Shown here piece after piece: positions 52,138 to 64,000 of a stretch of 64,000 bases of DNA (position 1 is the first letter of the stretch; every line of letters begins with the position of its first letter). The stretch covers positions 36,002,999 through 36,066,998 of the forward strand of contig NC_068993.1 in NCBI RefSeq assembly GCF_001194135.2, written 5' to 3'. Both the position numbers and the translations under genes were made by a program. Under the pieces are notes generated by a model. The model did not search any database. It was not told where the DNA came from and saw only the letters and a list, made by a program, of their open reading frames with translations. This DNA comes from Octopus bimaculoides. Its lineage: Eukaryota.

Positions 52138-52720
52138 CTCTAGAATGACAGTGAGTTGATAGAAACGAGTATGCTGAAGAATTTAGTTTTATCCCTCTAA
52201 TTTATGAATTCAAAACTTGTGACAATGATCGACTTTACCTTTCAACTAGATTAAATAAATACCAGTCATAATCTCAAGTTGATTAGCTCGACCGTTCCTA
52301 ATGCGCTCAGCAAATAGTATCATAATCTTTTGTAATAAGTCATTTACATTTAGAAACACCGAATTACTGTTAACTAAAAGGTGGTCATTTCAAATCCTAT
52401 GCATATCTTTTGTTATACTTCGGAAACGGATATTTCAGCTACACCTGATTTCCTTGAGAGTGATTAGCGTTCAAATCAGGAGAATATATCTCTCTTTTCC
52501 TCTTAACTATGAGGAGTAACAGGAGTTGATTGTTGAACCTCATAGAGACTTGGGTTCCGTTAAATAATTAATTTCCATCATTTGCTTTGAAGAGTATTAA
52601 GGAATAAGGAGTATTAAAGAATAAGGAGTATAAGGAAATGACTATGGTGAAATAAAAGTTACATTCCAAAGGAATCAAACTGAAGATCACAGTCTAGATT
52701 CGATGTCGAATATAATTATT

Positions 52721-53176
52721 TCCACCACGCCAAATCGCAGCCTACCAGCAAATACATGGGACTTTTACGTTATCTATGTGTGGTCGATAATGTTTATTAC
52801 ACTAGCGCTGCTTTTATTTCATATTTGAATTTATTCAAACGTATATATTGTCCGGGTATACCGGCACATAACGTTTACACTATATGTATATAAGTCGTGG
52901 AATGGTGATCTATTCACCTACGATTTGGTTCGGTATGTGATGTTGATAAGCCACAAAATTGGCGAAAACTCAATATCCATCACTCCCGAATGGAATTTGG
53001 TATGAGTTTTCTCACCAGTCCATGACTTTCAGGTGTTTTAACATCCGCCGCTTTGAGAGAGTAATCTCCACCTCACCAAATTGCAACTTACCGGCAAATA
53101 TACAGAGTATGTTCGTTAAGTATGTATGGTCGATAATGTTTATTTCACTAGCGCTGGTTCTATTTCATATATGAAT
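52721..53176 (+). mobile_element. Retrozyme-like unit 2: 346-bp period, about 110-bp direct repeats, internal decayed hammerhead
   Basis: Repeats at 52721-52830 and 53067-53176 (tccacc..tggtcgataatgtttatt.cactagcgctg..tttcatat.tgaat); hammerhead fold at 52929-52990. Confidence 0.6.
52929..52990 (+). ncRNA. Type I hammerhead fold with mutated core
   Basis: UUCGG-UAU-GUGAUG-UUGAUAA-GCCA-CAAAAU-UGGC-GAAA-ACUCAAUA-UC-CAUCAC-UC-CCGAA. Stems I and II are perfect; the core differs from CUGAUGA by two transitions; stem III is weak. Confidence 0.6.
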
Positions 53177-54559
53177 AATTATTTCAATTTATTTACATAA
53201 ATAATGTTCTTGAGAAAAATATGAATGTCACAACTTTTATTTTGTTTCTTCTCTTTAAGATATTCATGGAAGACGTATTGAATTCCTAGGAGTGAAGTAA
53301 TCAGATCTGTTTCGCCGGTCCATTTTAGAGAGGTAAATATAACAATGACTTCTGTAATACACAAGACTGCCACAAATAGTTAGGAGGAAGAAAATTGTCA
53401 AATAAATCGACTTCAGTATCCTGAGATGCCCATATCTAAAAGATCTCGGAGAGATAGAACAAAAAGTAGATTCGACCTTGGCAAGATTTGAACTCAGGAA
53501 GTTAAGCGAACCCTAAATACCACAATGCAGTCACACGACTGTCTAGAAATAGCAAGCAAACTTCCTTCAAATAACACCTCATCGTCTTTGAAAAGAAAAT
53601 CCCCGTGCCTAGAAACAAAATGGTAAAGTCCCTAGCAGAATACATTTGACTAACAACATCTAGCATGAGATTGATGTCCCTTGTGCAGTCACTAACTCTG
53701 CTCGTTTTTTATTGACCAGCACGTCCTGCTATGCACAGCCCTAACTAGCTCAGAAATATAATTACTTGATATATATATATATATATATATATANNNNNNN
53801 NNNNNNNNNNNNNNNNNNNNNNNNNNNNNNNNNNNNNNNNNNNNNNNNNNNNNNNNNNNNNNNNNNNNNNNNNNNNNNNNNNNNNNNNNNNNNNNNNNNN
53901 NNNNNNNNNNNNNNNNNNNNNNNNNNNNNNNNNNNNNNNNNNNNNNNNNNNNNNNNNNNNNNNNNNNNNNNNNNNNNNNNNNNNNNNNNNNNNNNNNNNN
54001 NNNNNNNNNNNNNNNNNNNNGGATAGTATCTATCCAGTATACTGCTGGGAGGGTACAAACCAGATTGGCAAAATAACATAGTCTGCCATAGACACCTGTG
54101 CTTTGGTTCTTTCTTTCTTTTTCTTTCTTCTTTTTTTGTCACTTTTGCTATGAATTAAATTAATGAATTCAACGGGATACATTGTCTGCAAGTAGTTGGG
54201 TTCAGCATATTATCCTCCATTTTCTAATTGTTATATATATATACGGGTCTACTATGTTGTAGCTATTTGTTCACTGACTTGCATAAACTTGCGTCTGTCC
54301 TTACATACTGCCTTCTAAGCGATAAACATACCATCACCTACGCTCAACAACACAGGATATCACTATACTAACCACGAAGCTTTCCATGGACTATATGTTG
54401 AAATATAGATGTTGCTTATTCTACCAACACCTGTAGACTGCACCGAGGGATGTACCACAGCCAGTTGTGCAGTTTCAGACCTGCGAGGGATCGATGCAAG
54501 ATGCGTCGAAACGATGGTTGTGAGCAATAAAGTTACTTGTATGTTCCAAAAGTAAAAAT

Positions 54560-54740
54560 TTGACTTTATCTGTTGCATAAGCACAGATATTTGTATATCG
54601 ACGCACGCCTTTGCTTCGTATGGATATGTATAAATATCTGTGATTGTTTCTTTGAATATTGTGCTGAGGATGGGATATAAGCTATTTTTTACTTCTTTAA
54701 TCCAGAAATTGGACCCAATACACAATTTACTGTGAAGTTT
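54560..54740 (-). pseudogene. Possible very old R4/Dong-type RT N-terminal remnant
   Basis: GSNFWIKEVKNSLYPILSTIFKETI..YP resembles the NFWxKxLxxLxPxLxxxF..P region preceding RT motif 1. Confidence 0.3.
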
Positions 54741-55334
54741 TATTTTATATCTTTCATTTGCTCGCTCACAACCCATGTTTTGTGGGAGTTATAACAGTGG
54801 CTTTTTAGTGCTTTTGGCGTCTTCTTTCAGCATGTTGGAGAAGATTATTTCCTGATCCTGTTCCCTTTAATATAATTATATAATTATATATTTAATTATT
54901 AATTTTAGTGTATATATATATATATATATATATATATTTGAAAAGACAACACGAAACCGGTTATTTCTCCAAATATAATGTTTATATACCCAAAAGTTTT
55001 ATAACATTTTTCTGACATAACAATTTAAATATATACTTTAACGATATAACACAAGCCTTCTGTAGTTTTTTCACTCTTGTTTATCTTTTATACATCCAAC
55101 CACGTGCTTTCACATACCAACTTTCTCACCTATATATNNNNNNNNNNNNNNNNNNNNNNNNNNNNNNNNNNNNNNNNNNNNNNNNNNNNNNNNNNNNNNN
55201 NNNNNNNNNNNNNATATATATATATATATATATATACAATTAAGATTCAATTGAATTAGGCACTTAAGTTGAGGCACCAAGTCAGTCCGGTATTGTACAG
55301 TATTGTCCACATAGCTCGAAGTTAGGTGAATAAT

Positions 55335-55978
55335 AAGCAAATAAGTAACAAGGATTCCAAGTATTAGTGCATTACGGCCATTTCAAGCGGCTCCATTTAA
55401 TCGATCAATGCAAGTATTACATCAATTTGAAATAAACCGCTCTCCGCGGACGCATAAGACCATATAGGTTTTCAATATACAGGACACTCCATTATAATTT
55501 TTTAGTCAATTTTTCATCGGAACTAGAGAATAAACGAATTACATTGCTTATTGCTATTACTGTAGCAGAATGAACGTAGAGAGAAAACACTTAAAGCCTA
55601 CTATAGTTTAGAGTAGCAAAAGAAAATAACAATGGGGCTCACGAAAGAGTAATGGTGATATAGCTACATTCATCTTTATCCTTATCACAATCAAAAGATC
55701 CAATGCAGCAAGTATTCTGCATCCCCTTAGAATTAAAACCATTGGGAGTTGGCAGTTAAGTTCTTGATGCTGGTGATAAATTAATTAATGTCAGATACTG
55801 ATTTGCTAAAAATTTTATAATGGATTATCCTGTGTGTTGAAAACCTATATGGTCTTATGCGTCCGAGGAGAGCAATTTCTTTCAAATTGATGCAATGCTT
55901 GCATTGATCGATGAAATGGAGCCGCTTGAAATGGCTGTAATGCACTAATACCTGGACATCCTTGTTACTTATTTGCTT
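55335..55978. mobile_element. Foldback/MITE-like element with about 165-bp terminal inverted repeats
   Basis: 55335-55502 is the reverse complement of about 55811-55978 (aagcaaataagtaacaagg..tgcattac.gccatttcaagcggctccattt..gacgcataagaccatataggttttcaa); the right end runs into (TA)n. Confidence 0.85.
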
Positions 55979-55982
55979 TATA

Positions 55983-56045
<63 letters not shown>

Positions 56046-56393
56046 AAATCTNNNNNNNNNNNNNNNNNNNNNNNNNNNNNNNNNNNNNNNNNNNNNNNNN
56101 NNNNNNNNNNNNNNNNNNNNNNNNNNNNNNNNNNNNNNNNNNNNNNNNNNNNNNNNNNNNNNNNNNNNNNNNNNNNNNNNNNNNNNNNNNNNNNNNNNNN
56201 NNNNNNNNNNNNNNNNNNNNNNNNNNNNNNNNNNNNNNNNNNNNNNNNNNNNNNNNNNNNNNNNNNNNNNNNNNNNNNNNNNNNNNNNNNNNNNNNNNNN
56301 NNNNNNNNNNNNNNNNNNNNNNNNNNNNNNNNNNNNNNNNNNNNNNNNNNNNNNNNNNNNNNNNNNNNNNNNNNATATATATATATATATATA

Positions 56394-56624
56394 CAGTGTT
56401 GGCCAAAGGTCACCAGACAGTAACTCAAAATTCCATATACTATCTGTAATTTTGTATTGACTCGAATGGAAAAATGTGTCGTTCAAGAAGGACTTCGGTT
56501 TGAACCATTCTCATGATGTTTCATATTTAGATGCTTTTATTAAATTAATTCAGTTATTAAACATTAATAAATCTTGGAATTAAATGGTTTTGATTTACTG
56601 TCAGGTGACTTTTGACCAACCCTG
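56394..56624. mobile_element. Tc1/mariner-type MITE in a TA context
   Basis: About 30-bp TIRs CAGTGTTGGCCAAAGGTCACCAGACAGTAA and (reverse complement) CAGGGTTGGTCAAAAGTCACCTGACAGTAA; TA on both sides. Confidence 0.88.
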
Positions 56625-56679
56625 TATATATATTCTTTTATTCATTTATTCTTTTATATATCTCAGCTCTAAGTTCGTG

Positions 56680-56930
56680 GCCATGCCGGGGCAACGCCAG
56701 TGTAATCACCTTTTAACTGGCCAATCTTTTGGGGAAGAAGGGAGTTCGACACTGCTGCTCTCTTTTGAGTTTCCTGCCTTAATATTGGTTCAAGAGGTCA
56801 AGTTATTTCTTGAAAACACCTACTCCCATTCCATAGAGATCTCTCAGATGTTTTGGCAATGCGTTAAATAGCTGTGGGCCCTTGAATCTTAAGCTATTGC
56901 ACTATGTGGTCCTGACTCTAGATAGAACAA
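56680..56930 (-). mobile_element. CR1-group-like LINE 3' terminal fragment
   Basis: Minus: SLRFKGPQLFNALPKHLRDL..VFKK*LD and RAAVSNSL, resembling ORF2 C-termini of invertebrate CR1-group LINEs. Confidence 0.55.
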
Positions 56931-56934
56931 ATTT

Positions 56935-57270
56935 ATCATCATCATCATTATCATCATCATTTAACGTACGTGTTCCATGCTAGCATGTATGGAACGGTAC
57001 CACAAAAGCCGGCCAGGCTGAAGCCTGCACCAGATTTCTGTCACTGTTTTGACAGGATTTGTACATCTGGATTCCCTTCCTAACACCAACCACTCAGCAG
57101 AATGGACTTAGTGCTTTTTATGCGGCACAAGCACTGGCGAGGTGAGTAGTGCTTTTTACGTGGCACAAGTACAGGTGAGGTCAGTTTTGGCAACGTTTTT
57201 ACAGCTGGACGCCCTTGCGAACACCAACCACTTTACAGTGGGGACTGAGTGCTTTTAAGTGACACCTGCA
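56935..57270 (-). mobile_element. RTE-type 3' UTR fragment with (GAT)n tail
   Basis: (ATC)n on the plus strand followed by twice-repeated ggat.cccttcctaac.ccaaccac-like motifs typical of RTE tails. Confidence 0.5.
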
Positions 57271-57759
57271 TTATACAGAAACATATAAAGATGGACTTCC
57301 CGTAGAACCAATTTACATGAACGGATCAATCGATTAACACATACGATACGTGCATGAAATTATTACTGTAGTGATATTACTCTATGTCACGTTGTTTCAT
57401 TGTTTCATTAAATTCCCTTGTTTGTCCAGACAAGTCCAATGGAATACACCACTGGAACTGGTCCATATGTTCAACAAAACTCGGATATAGGCATGGATGG
57501 GTGCGTACACATAAATGCCTACATGTATGTGTGATGATATATGTATATGCATGTGTATATACACATCTGTGAATATATGTATTTAGATGATTTTACGTGC
57601 GTATGTGTGTGCACCTATTTACATGCGCAAATGTACATAGAGGCATAAGCACAAGGGCGAAAGTATACACGTGGGTATATAATGGGAACAGGCGAGTATG
57701 GGCGTATATATGTATCTTTATATATGTATATCTAACCGTATGTTGTGATATATATATAT

Positions 57760-57790
<31 letters not shown>

Positions 57791-58777
57791 GTAATAATAA
57801 TGAGTATATGCAAGGCAAAAACTTTTAAGAGGGTAGGAGGCATTGGAGGAGGTGATTATGAAAAGGTTATAGTGAGACAGATACAGGTGTCTTGCTGTAG
57901 AGGAAGTACAAGGTTACCCAGCTGGAGAGAGGAAGATCATGAATGAAGACAGAAACAGGTGTGCTACCGCAAAGAAATACACAGTTTCTCAACCTGAGGG
58001 AAGTGCAGGACAAAGTGAGAGAGAGAGAGAGTGGGAGACTGCAGGATGGAGATGGTGGGAAAATGCGGGCATACTTACAAGGAGCAGGGATCAGAGTATA
58101 AATGAAATGGTTGAGCAAAGGAAAAGAGATATAAATAGTGGCAAATGCCAGGGCATACCCTTGAGGTTCAAATGCCATAATATAAGTGATAAGATATTGC
58201 GAAGGGAGTGCGATTAAAGATTGTAAGTAGTGAAAGACCTGGGTATATATAGAGTCGGAGGGGCTACCGGGTAGCAATGATACAGAGGAACAGGGATGTA
58301 AGGACAAGATTGGGGAGTGAGAGCTAGGCAAGGGGTGAGAGCGAGGCAAGGGGTGAGAGCTTGGCATAGTGAATGAAGGAGGAAATGCGAGAAAGAGAAG
58401 AGATGTAGACTGGATTGTAGGGGTAGGGTGAGGAAAAGTTTTCTTGTTACGTGTGNNNNNNNNNNNNNNNNNNNNNNNNNNNNNNNNNNNNNNNNNNNNN
58501 NNNNNNNNNNNNNNNNNNNNNNNNNNNNNNNNNNNNNNNNNNNNNNNNNNNNNNNNNNNNNNNNNNNNNNNNNNNNNNNNNNNNNNNNNNNNNNNNNNNN
58601 NNNNNNNNNNNNNNNNNNNNNNNNNNNNNNNNNNNNNNNNNNNNNNNNNNNNNNNNNNNNNNNNNNNNNNNNNNNNNNNNNNNNNNNNNNNNNNNNNNNN
58701 NNNNNNNNNNNNNNNNNNNNNNNNNNNNNNNNNNNNNNNNNNNNNNNNNNNNNNNNNNNNNNNNNNNNNNNNNNNNN

Positions 58778-58808
<31 letters not shown>

Positions 58809-58809
58809 A

Positions 58810-59105
58810 TGCGCGGGAATTAGTGCTTAGGGTAAACGGCTCACTTCTTAAAGTCGTGAGTTCGATTCCCGGCAGCGTGTTGTGTTCTTAAGCAAGGCAC
58901 TTTATTTCACGTTGCTCTAGTCGACTCACCTGGCAAAAATGAGTTGTACCTGTAATTCAAAGAGCCGGCTTTGTCAAATTCTGTGTCATGCTCAATCTCC
59001 CCGAGAACTACATTAAGGGCACGCGCCACTTCCACGTTAATTTCATTAGCAGGCTGTTCCGTTGATCGGATTAACTGGAACCCTCGTTGTCGTAACCGAC
59101 AGAGT
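58810..59105 (+). mobile_element. tRNA-derived SINE, mosaic of the 35597-type core and the 1671-type tail
   Basis: GTTCGATTCCC; core gtgttgtgttcttaagcaaggcactttatttcacgttgct; tail cctgtaattcaaag..ccccgagaactac.ttaaggg..aggctgttccgtt..ggaaccctcg. Confidence 0.85.
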
Positions 59106-59714
59106 GTCATATGTATATATACTGACGTCATATTTAGGAAAAGTTAGGTTCTTCTTTCTCTTCCACTTAACTCTACAGGAACCGGAATAAGGCTCTGATT
59201 CTGTTGTTTCTTGAGGTCAGTCGAGTGACTGACATTATTATACCACTATCACTGACATAGAGAATGATTCGAATCGCACGTATTTCTAAAGGTTTCCTAT
59301 TTGGATTGAATGTGAAAAGAGATGGAAAACTAGTAATGAAATAATTAGATGGTTTGGGTACTTATGACAAAAAGTCAAAGACATCAAAATCCATAATCTG
59401 TAGAACAAGGTTATATTTTCGTAATGTTTTCTGAAAGAGTGTCTAGACGCAACAGGATGAACAATAAAATCTAGCAAAAACTGAGAGAGCGTCTCCTCGA
59501 GAAGTCAACGACCAGCCATACATGAAGGGGAAATATGGATCACGAGGCTACCTTCCTCTTGAAACACTGTATGAAGACACAATCAGACTTAAATGCTGTA
59601 CCAGATCGGACGGGCTTTGAGATACAAACGACTATACCCTGTGATGTTTATTTAGAATCAATAAATTACTAAAGAATCAAATCAAAAGTCAAAGGCATGC
59701 CATCATTTCTTTAT

Positions 59715-60980
59715 GTTTGGCAATTGCAATGCGCAGTCGATTTATTACCCTGGGAAAACGCAACAACTGACTTATGGAATCAAGAGATATTCTTGGAATA
59801 GTAATGAGATTGATGGACGAAATGTAGAGAATTCATGGCAAATAATTGGCATAAAATATCGTTAAGTGGGAAGGAAAGCAAATCTGAAAGGGTGTAGATT
59901 TTATGAGGCATGAAAATACCGTCAAGTCAATAATACATTATACACAGATTTGTAGCAGAATATTGCACAACAAAACTGCAATCTAAGCCGTACAACATCT
60001 TAATCAGCCAAATTTATGTACCTGGAAGTGGTTGTAATGATGATGAAATGGAAAAATTTTATGAAAATCAAGAAAAACTGGTAGCAAACAAAACAAGAAA
60101 GAAAAGATATTCTTTTAATTCAAAGTGAATGGCATCGAAAGATTGGATTAGATGTTCATAATACTTGGAAATGAACATTTGGTAAATGTGACATATGGGG
60201 ATATCTAACATAAGAAAAGAATTATCAGAATTCGCAAAAGAACGTAAACTAATTTTAGCAAATATGGTACATCAACATAAAATGTTCGAGAACAATAACA
60301 AGGCTTCCATTTTGAAGAGTGTCTAATAACCAGAGTAATTTTATTCTCTTTCCGTAAAGCTATAAATCGAGTATAAATGGAGCTAATCCATGATTTTTTA
60401 CGCATGCCGATACTGGCAGCGATCACAAAGTTTTAATGAGGGTAATAACAATTACGCTCAAATCGGGAACCAAAATATAAGAATAAAATATGGTCTTGGA
60501 AAAGACGAACATAACAGCAGAATATAAAGCGTATATAGGAGGAAAATTCGCACCTTTTATTGGATGCAAATGTTGGAGAATTATCAGGTGCCTTTGAAGA
60601 AATAATAACAACAGCCGACAGAATTATTGGTTAAAAGAAGAAAGTTAAGAATCCTCTGGATAAATAAAGATGTTTTAATCAGTTGTGATGAAAGGGGAGA
60701 TCTGAAACAGAAACGAAAGAAAGAGCAGAGAAGGAATATAGATTGGTCAGTAAGAAAGTAAAAAAGGGGAATTAAAGCAGTGAAAGAAACTTGGATTAAA
60801 GGAAGATGTGAAGGAATAGAATGCATTGAGCAAATAATGGAAGAAAAGCATAGCAAATAGTTGAAGATCTAACCAAAGTTACCTAAATGTCAAGTTGCTG
60901 AAATTAAATGTGGTAACCTGCTAAGCAAAGCAAATGAAATAACTGATAGATAGAGAATATTCTTTGAACGAATTATACCA
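59715..60980 (+). pseudogene. Decayed RTE-clade LINE AP-endonuclease and linker
   Basis: Frameshifted GNCNAQS, LQSKPYNILISQIYVPGSGCNDDEMEKFYE, EFAKERKLILAN and ADTGSDH (about 60405-60425). Confidence 0.75.
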
Positions 60981-61104
60981 AAGCAAGGGTAGATATTAAC
61001 ATGCTAACGCATAAGTAATAGAGAGAATAGTGTAGGGAAGTTTACAGACACAAAGTAGGGGTAGATGTTAAGTGGTAAGACGTAACTAATAGAGGGAGAT
61101 AATA

Positions 61105-61310
61105 ATCCTTTCTACTGTAGGCACAAGGCCTGAAATTTGGAGGCAGGAAGCTAGTAGATTACATTAACCCCAGTGCTCAACTCGTGCTTATTTTATTACT
61201 CTTGAAAGAAAGAAAGGTAAAGTTGTCGTCGGCGGATTTTTGAACTCGAAACGTAAAGCCTGAAGAAACCCCGCCAAGCGTTTTGTTTGGCGTGCTAACG
61301 AGTCTGACAG
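61105..61310 (-). mobile_element. tRNA-derived SINE (MetaSINE-like core), degenerate
   Basis: gcacaaggcctgaaattt..aaaggtaaagttgtcgtcggcggatttttgaactc..ggcgtgctaac. Confidence 0.75.
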
Positions 61311-62738
61311 TAATCGATGGATAATATAGATATATATTAGCGACAGAGGCAGTATTGATACCGAGAGATATTTATCACCCCTTATGCGTGGATGTTCTGT
61401 AAGAAGAATCTATACTGCAGTACATACATGAGAGAAATTCTCATATTGGTTTTTGGTGCGAAATGCACTTTTCTTTATATCACTAGTAGGGAGATAAATT
61501 CTCGCCATCTCCAGCACCATTCTCTCATAGTATCTACTGCAGTATAGTTTGTTCTAACAGAACAACCACGTTTTAGTAGGGATAAATATCACCTCATGAA
61601 GATAATACTGTAGGGACGTTTACAGCTACAAAGCAGAAGTAATAAACGCGGTAAGATCCATTTCCTTTAACATACAAGAACCCCCGAAATTCACTATAGA
61701 AAATGTTACACAACCAACTACAAAACTAAAATATAACACACACGCACACGTGCCTTCCATACACCTCCCATCCAATACACTTCACACTCTGCACACCTAC
61801 CCACACCACCAATTCTTCCATTTCCCACTAATACATCTTCCACCCACGCATCTAAGAAAACCCAGGGTATGTGACCATGCCTTCATATTGGAAATTGCTG
61901 AAATGTTTTTAGTTACACGCTTGTTGATGATGATGATGATGACCAATTGTCACTTCAGTTTGAATAGAAACCTATAGATTGAGCGCCTCAATTCGCTTCT
62001 CAACCATTCGCAACCAAATCGCTTTGTGTTCAGTCACACTGTGTAGCACCTTGGACAAGCATCTTTTAAAATTGACTCGAGCTAACCAAAACCTTGTAAA
62101 TGAATTTGGCAGAGTATCTCTGTGGACACCCGTCGCGTGGATGTGTGAGTGTGTGTATATGTGCGTCAGTGTGTGTGTGCGTGTGTGTGTGTGTATGTGT
62201 GTGTGCGCGTGTATGTGTGTATGTGTGTGTGTGTTGCTGTTGTTTCAGTCAGCTTCTTGTTACTTTGGAATTTTGTCTGTAAGTTTATAGGGTCTGACAT
62301 GACCATAACAAATGCAACATTAAAAATATTAATCTCTAGTACAGTACTGAGAACTCTTTCCGACATCAACATCAAATGTACATACATATATGTGCTCGTG
62401 TTTGTCTTTCCCTAGCGCTTCATAGCCGATGTTGGTTTGTTTATGTCCCCATAATTCAGTAGTTCTATAGGCCAAAAGAGACCGATAGAATAAGTACAAG
62501 AATTTAAGAAAAAACATAAGTACTGAGGATCAATTTGTTCGACAAAAATCCTTCAAATCAATGCCCCAGCATGGTTGCAGTCCACTGACTGCAAGATATA
62601 TATATATACAGGTAAGAAGCTTGCTTCCCATCAACATGGTTCCGGGTTCAGTCCCATTGCATGGCACCTTGGACAGGTCTCGGGCCGGCCAAAGCCTTGT
62701 GGGTGGATGTGGTAGACGGAAACTGGAAAAAGCCCATC

Positions 62739-62802
<64 letters not shown>

Positions 62803-63299
62803 NNNNNNNNNNNNNNNNNNNNNNNNNNNNNNNNNNNNNNNNNNNNNNNNNNNNNNNNNNNNNNNNNNNNNNNNNNNNNNNNNNNNNNNNNNNNNNNNNN
62901 NNNNNNNNNNNNNNNNNNNNNNNNNNNNNNNNNNNNNNNNNNNNNNNNNNNNNNNNNNNNNNNNNNNNNNNNNNNNNNNNNNNNNNNNNNNNNNNNNNNN
63001 NNNNNNNNNNNNNNNNNNNNNNNNNNNNNNNNNNNNNNNNNNNNNNNNNNNNNNNNNNNNAAAAGCCTTGGGGCCAATTTCTTCGACTAACACCCTTTAA
63101 AGCGGTGCTCCAGCATGACCGCAATTAAATGACTGAAACAAGTAAAAGAATAAAAGACTATATATAAGCAGGTTGCGGTGAATAGATTGTCGTCCAAATT
63201 ACGCAAAAATGGAAATAATACTGACATGTCGTTTTAACAGATATATTTACCAAAATTACATAAAAGTATCTTGAAATACTAAAGAGTAAATTTATGCAA

Positions 63300-63770
63300 T
63301 AAAATCGCCATTGGCTTCAACCACGGCCTCCAGACAACTTCAGAATCTCCTGCAACTTTTCTGGACGGTCTCCTTCTTTAAGTTGGTGAATGCTGCCATA
63401 ATCCTTGCCTTCAGTTCCTCTTTGGTGTTACAAGTTTTGTTGGTCTCTCATTCAGCTGCACCCCACCCATAATAATCAAGGGGGTTGTAGGTCTGGGGAG
63501 TTACGTGGCCAGATGTTAGGGGTGATGTGGCAGCAAAAAGTGTCTGACAGCCATGACTGGGTTCTCCTCTTATGTGGCATGGAGCAGAATCCTGTTGTAT
63601 GACACAGGTCTTCCAGCAACCATCCACTTGACTCAGGGCAACACTACCTTCTCCAGTTGAATCTGAGGCTGTGAGGGAAGATGAATGGAGGTATAACGTC
63701 ACCATCACTAGTGATCACTCCAAACACCATGATGTTCACTGGATGTTTTATTTTTATCACTCTTCGTACA
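63300..63770 (-). pseudogene. Tc1/mariner transposase C-terminal relic, probably maT (DD37D) type
   Basis: KHPVNIMVFGVITSDG, QQDSAPCH, NPLDYYGWG, EELKARIMAAF, CLEAVVEANGDF; the third catalytic residue is D. Confidence 0.8.
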
Positions 63771-64000
63771 TGTTCTCAGATTGACACCCAAACACTCTGA
63801 AAGGTTCGTATCGGAGCTTCTGGCATGAATGCCAAGCAGTACAGCATGTCATTTACAAATTTCTGGCAGCGTGAATTGCGTCATGGTGCTGTTTTTCTCA
63901 CAGATGGTGCTCAACTGACCCTACTATACTGTGTAGTCGACCAAAAGGAAAAACAAACAATGCGTATGCGCGAAATTAAAAATAAGAATGGTGACAATTT

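Overview
AT-rich eukaryotic scaffold dominated by repeats, with many N gaps sitting at microsatellites. The SINE and microsatellite content resembles a coleoid cephalopod (Octopus-like) genome; this is an inference, not a database result. No host protein-coding exon could be identified, and most ORF-track entries are microsatellite or gap artefacts. Supportable content: decayed non-LTR retrotransposons (four R4/Dong-clade copies tied to (TAA)n tracts, a Tx1/L1-clade fragment, RTE and CR1/L2-type fragments), a split and inverted Penelope-like element, mariner/maT/pogo transposase relics, hAT- and Tc1-type MITEs, non-autonomous Helitron-like elements and many tRNA-derived SINEs. The most interesting signal is RNA-level. 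Several type I hammerhead ribozyme folds are present. Two of them (31301-31372 and 52929-52990) each lie inside an ORF-less unit of about 347 bp bounded by direct repeats of about 110-135 bp. That architecture matches non-LTR retrozymes, which produce circular RNAs in other metazoans. All folds and alignments were done by eye.
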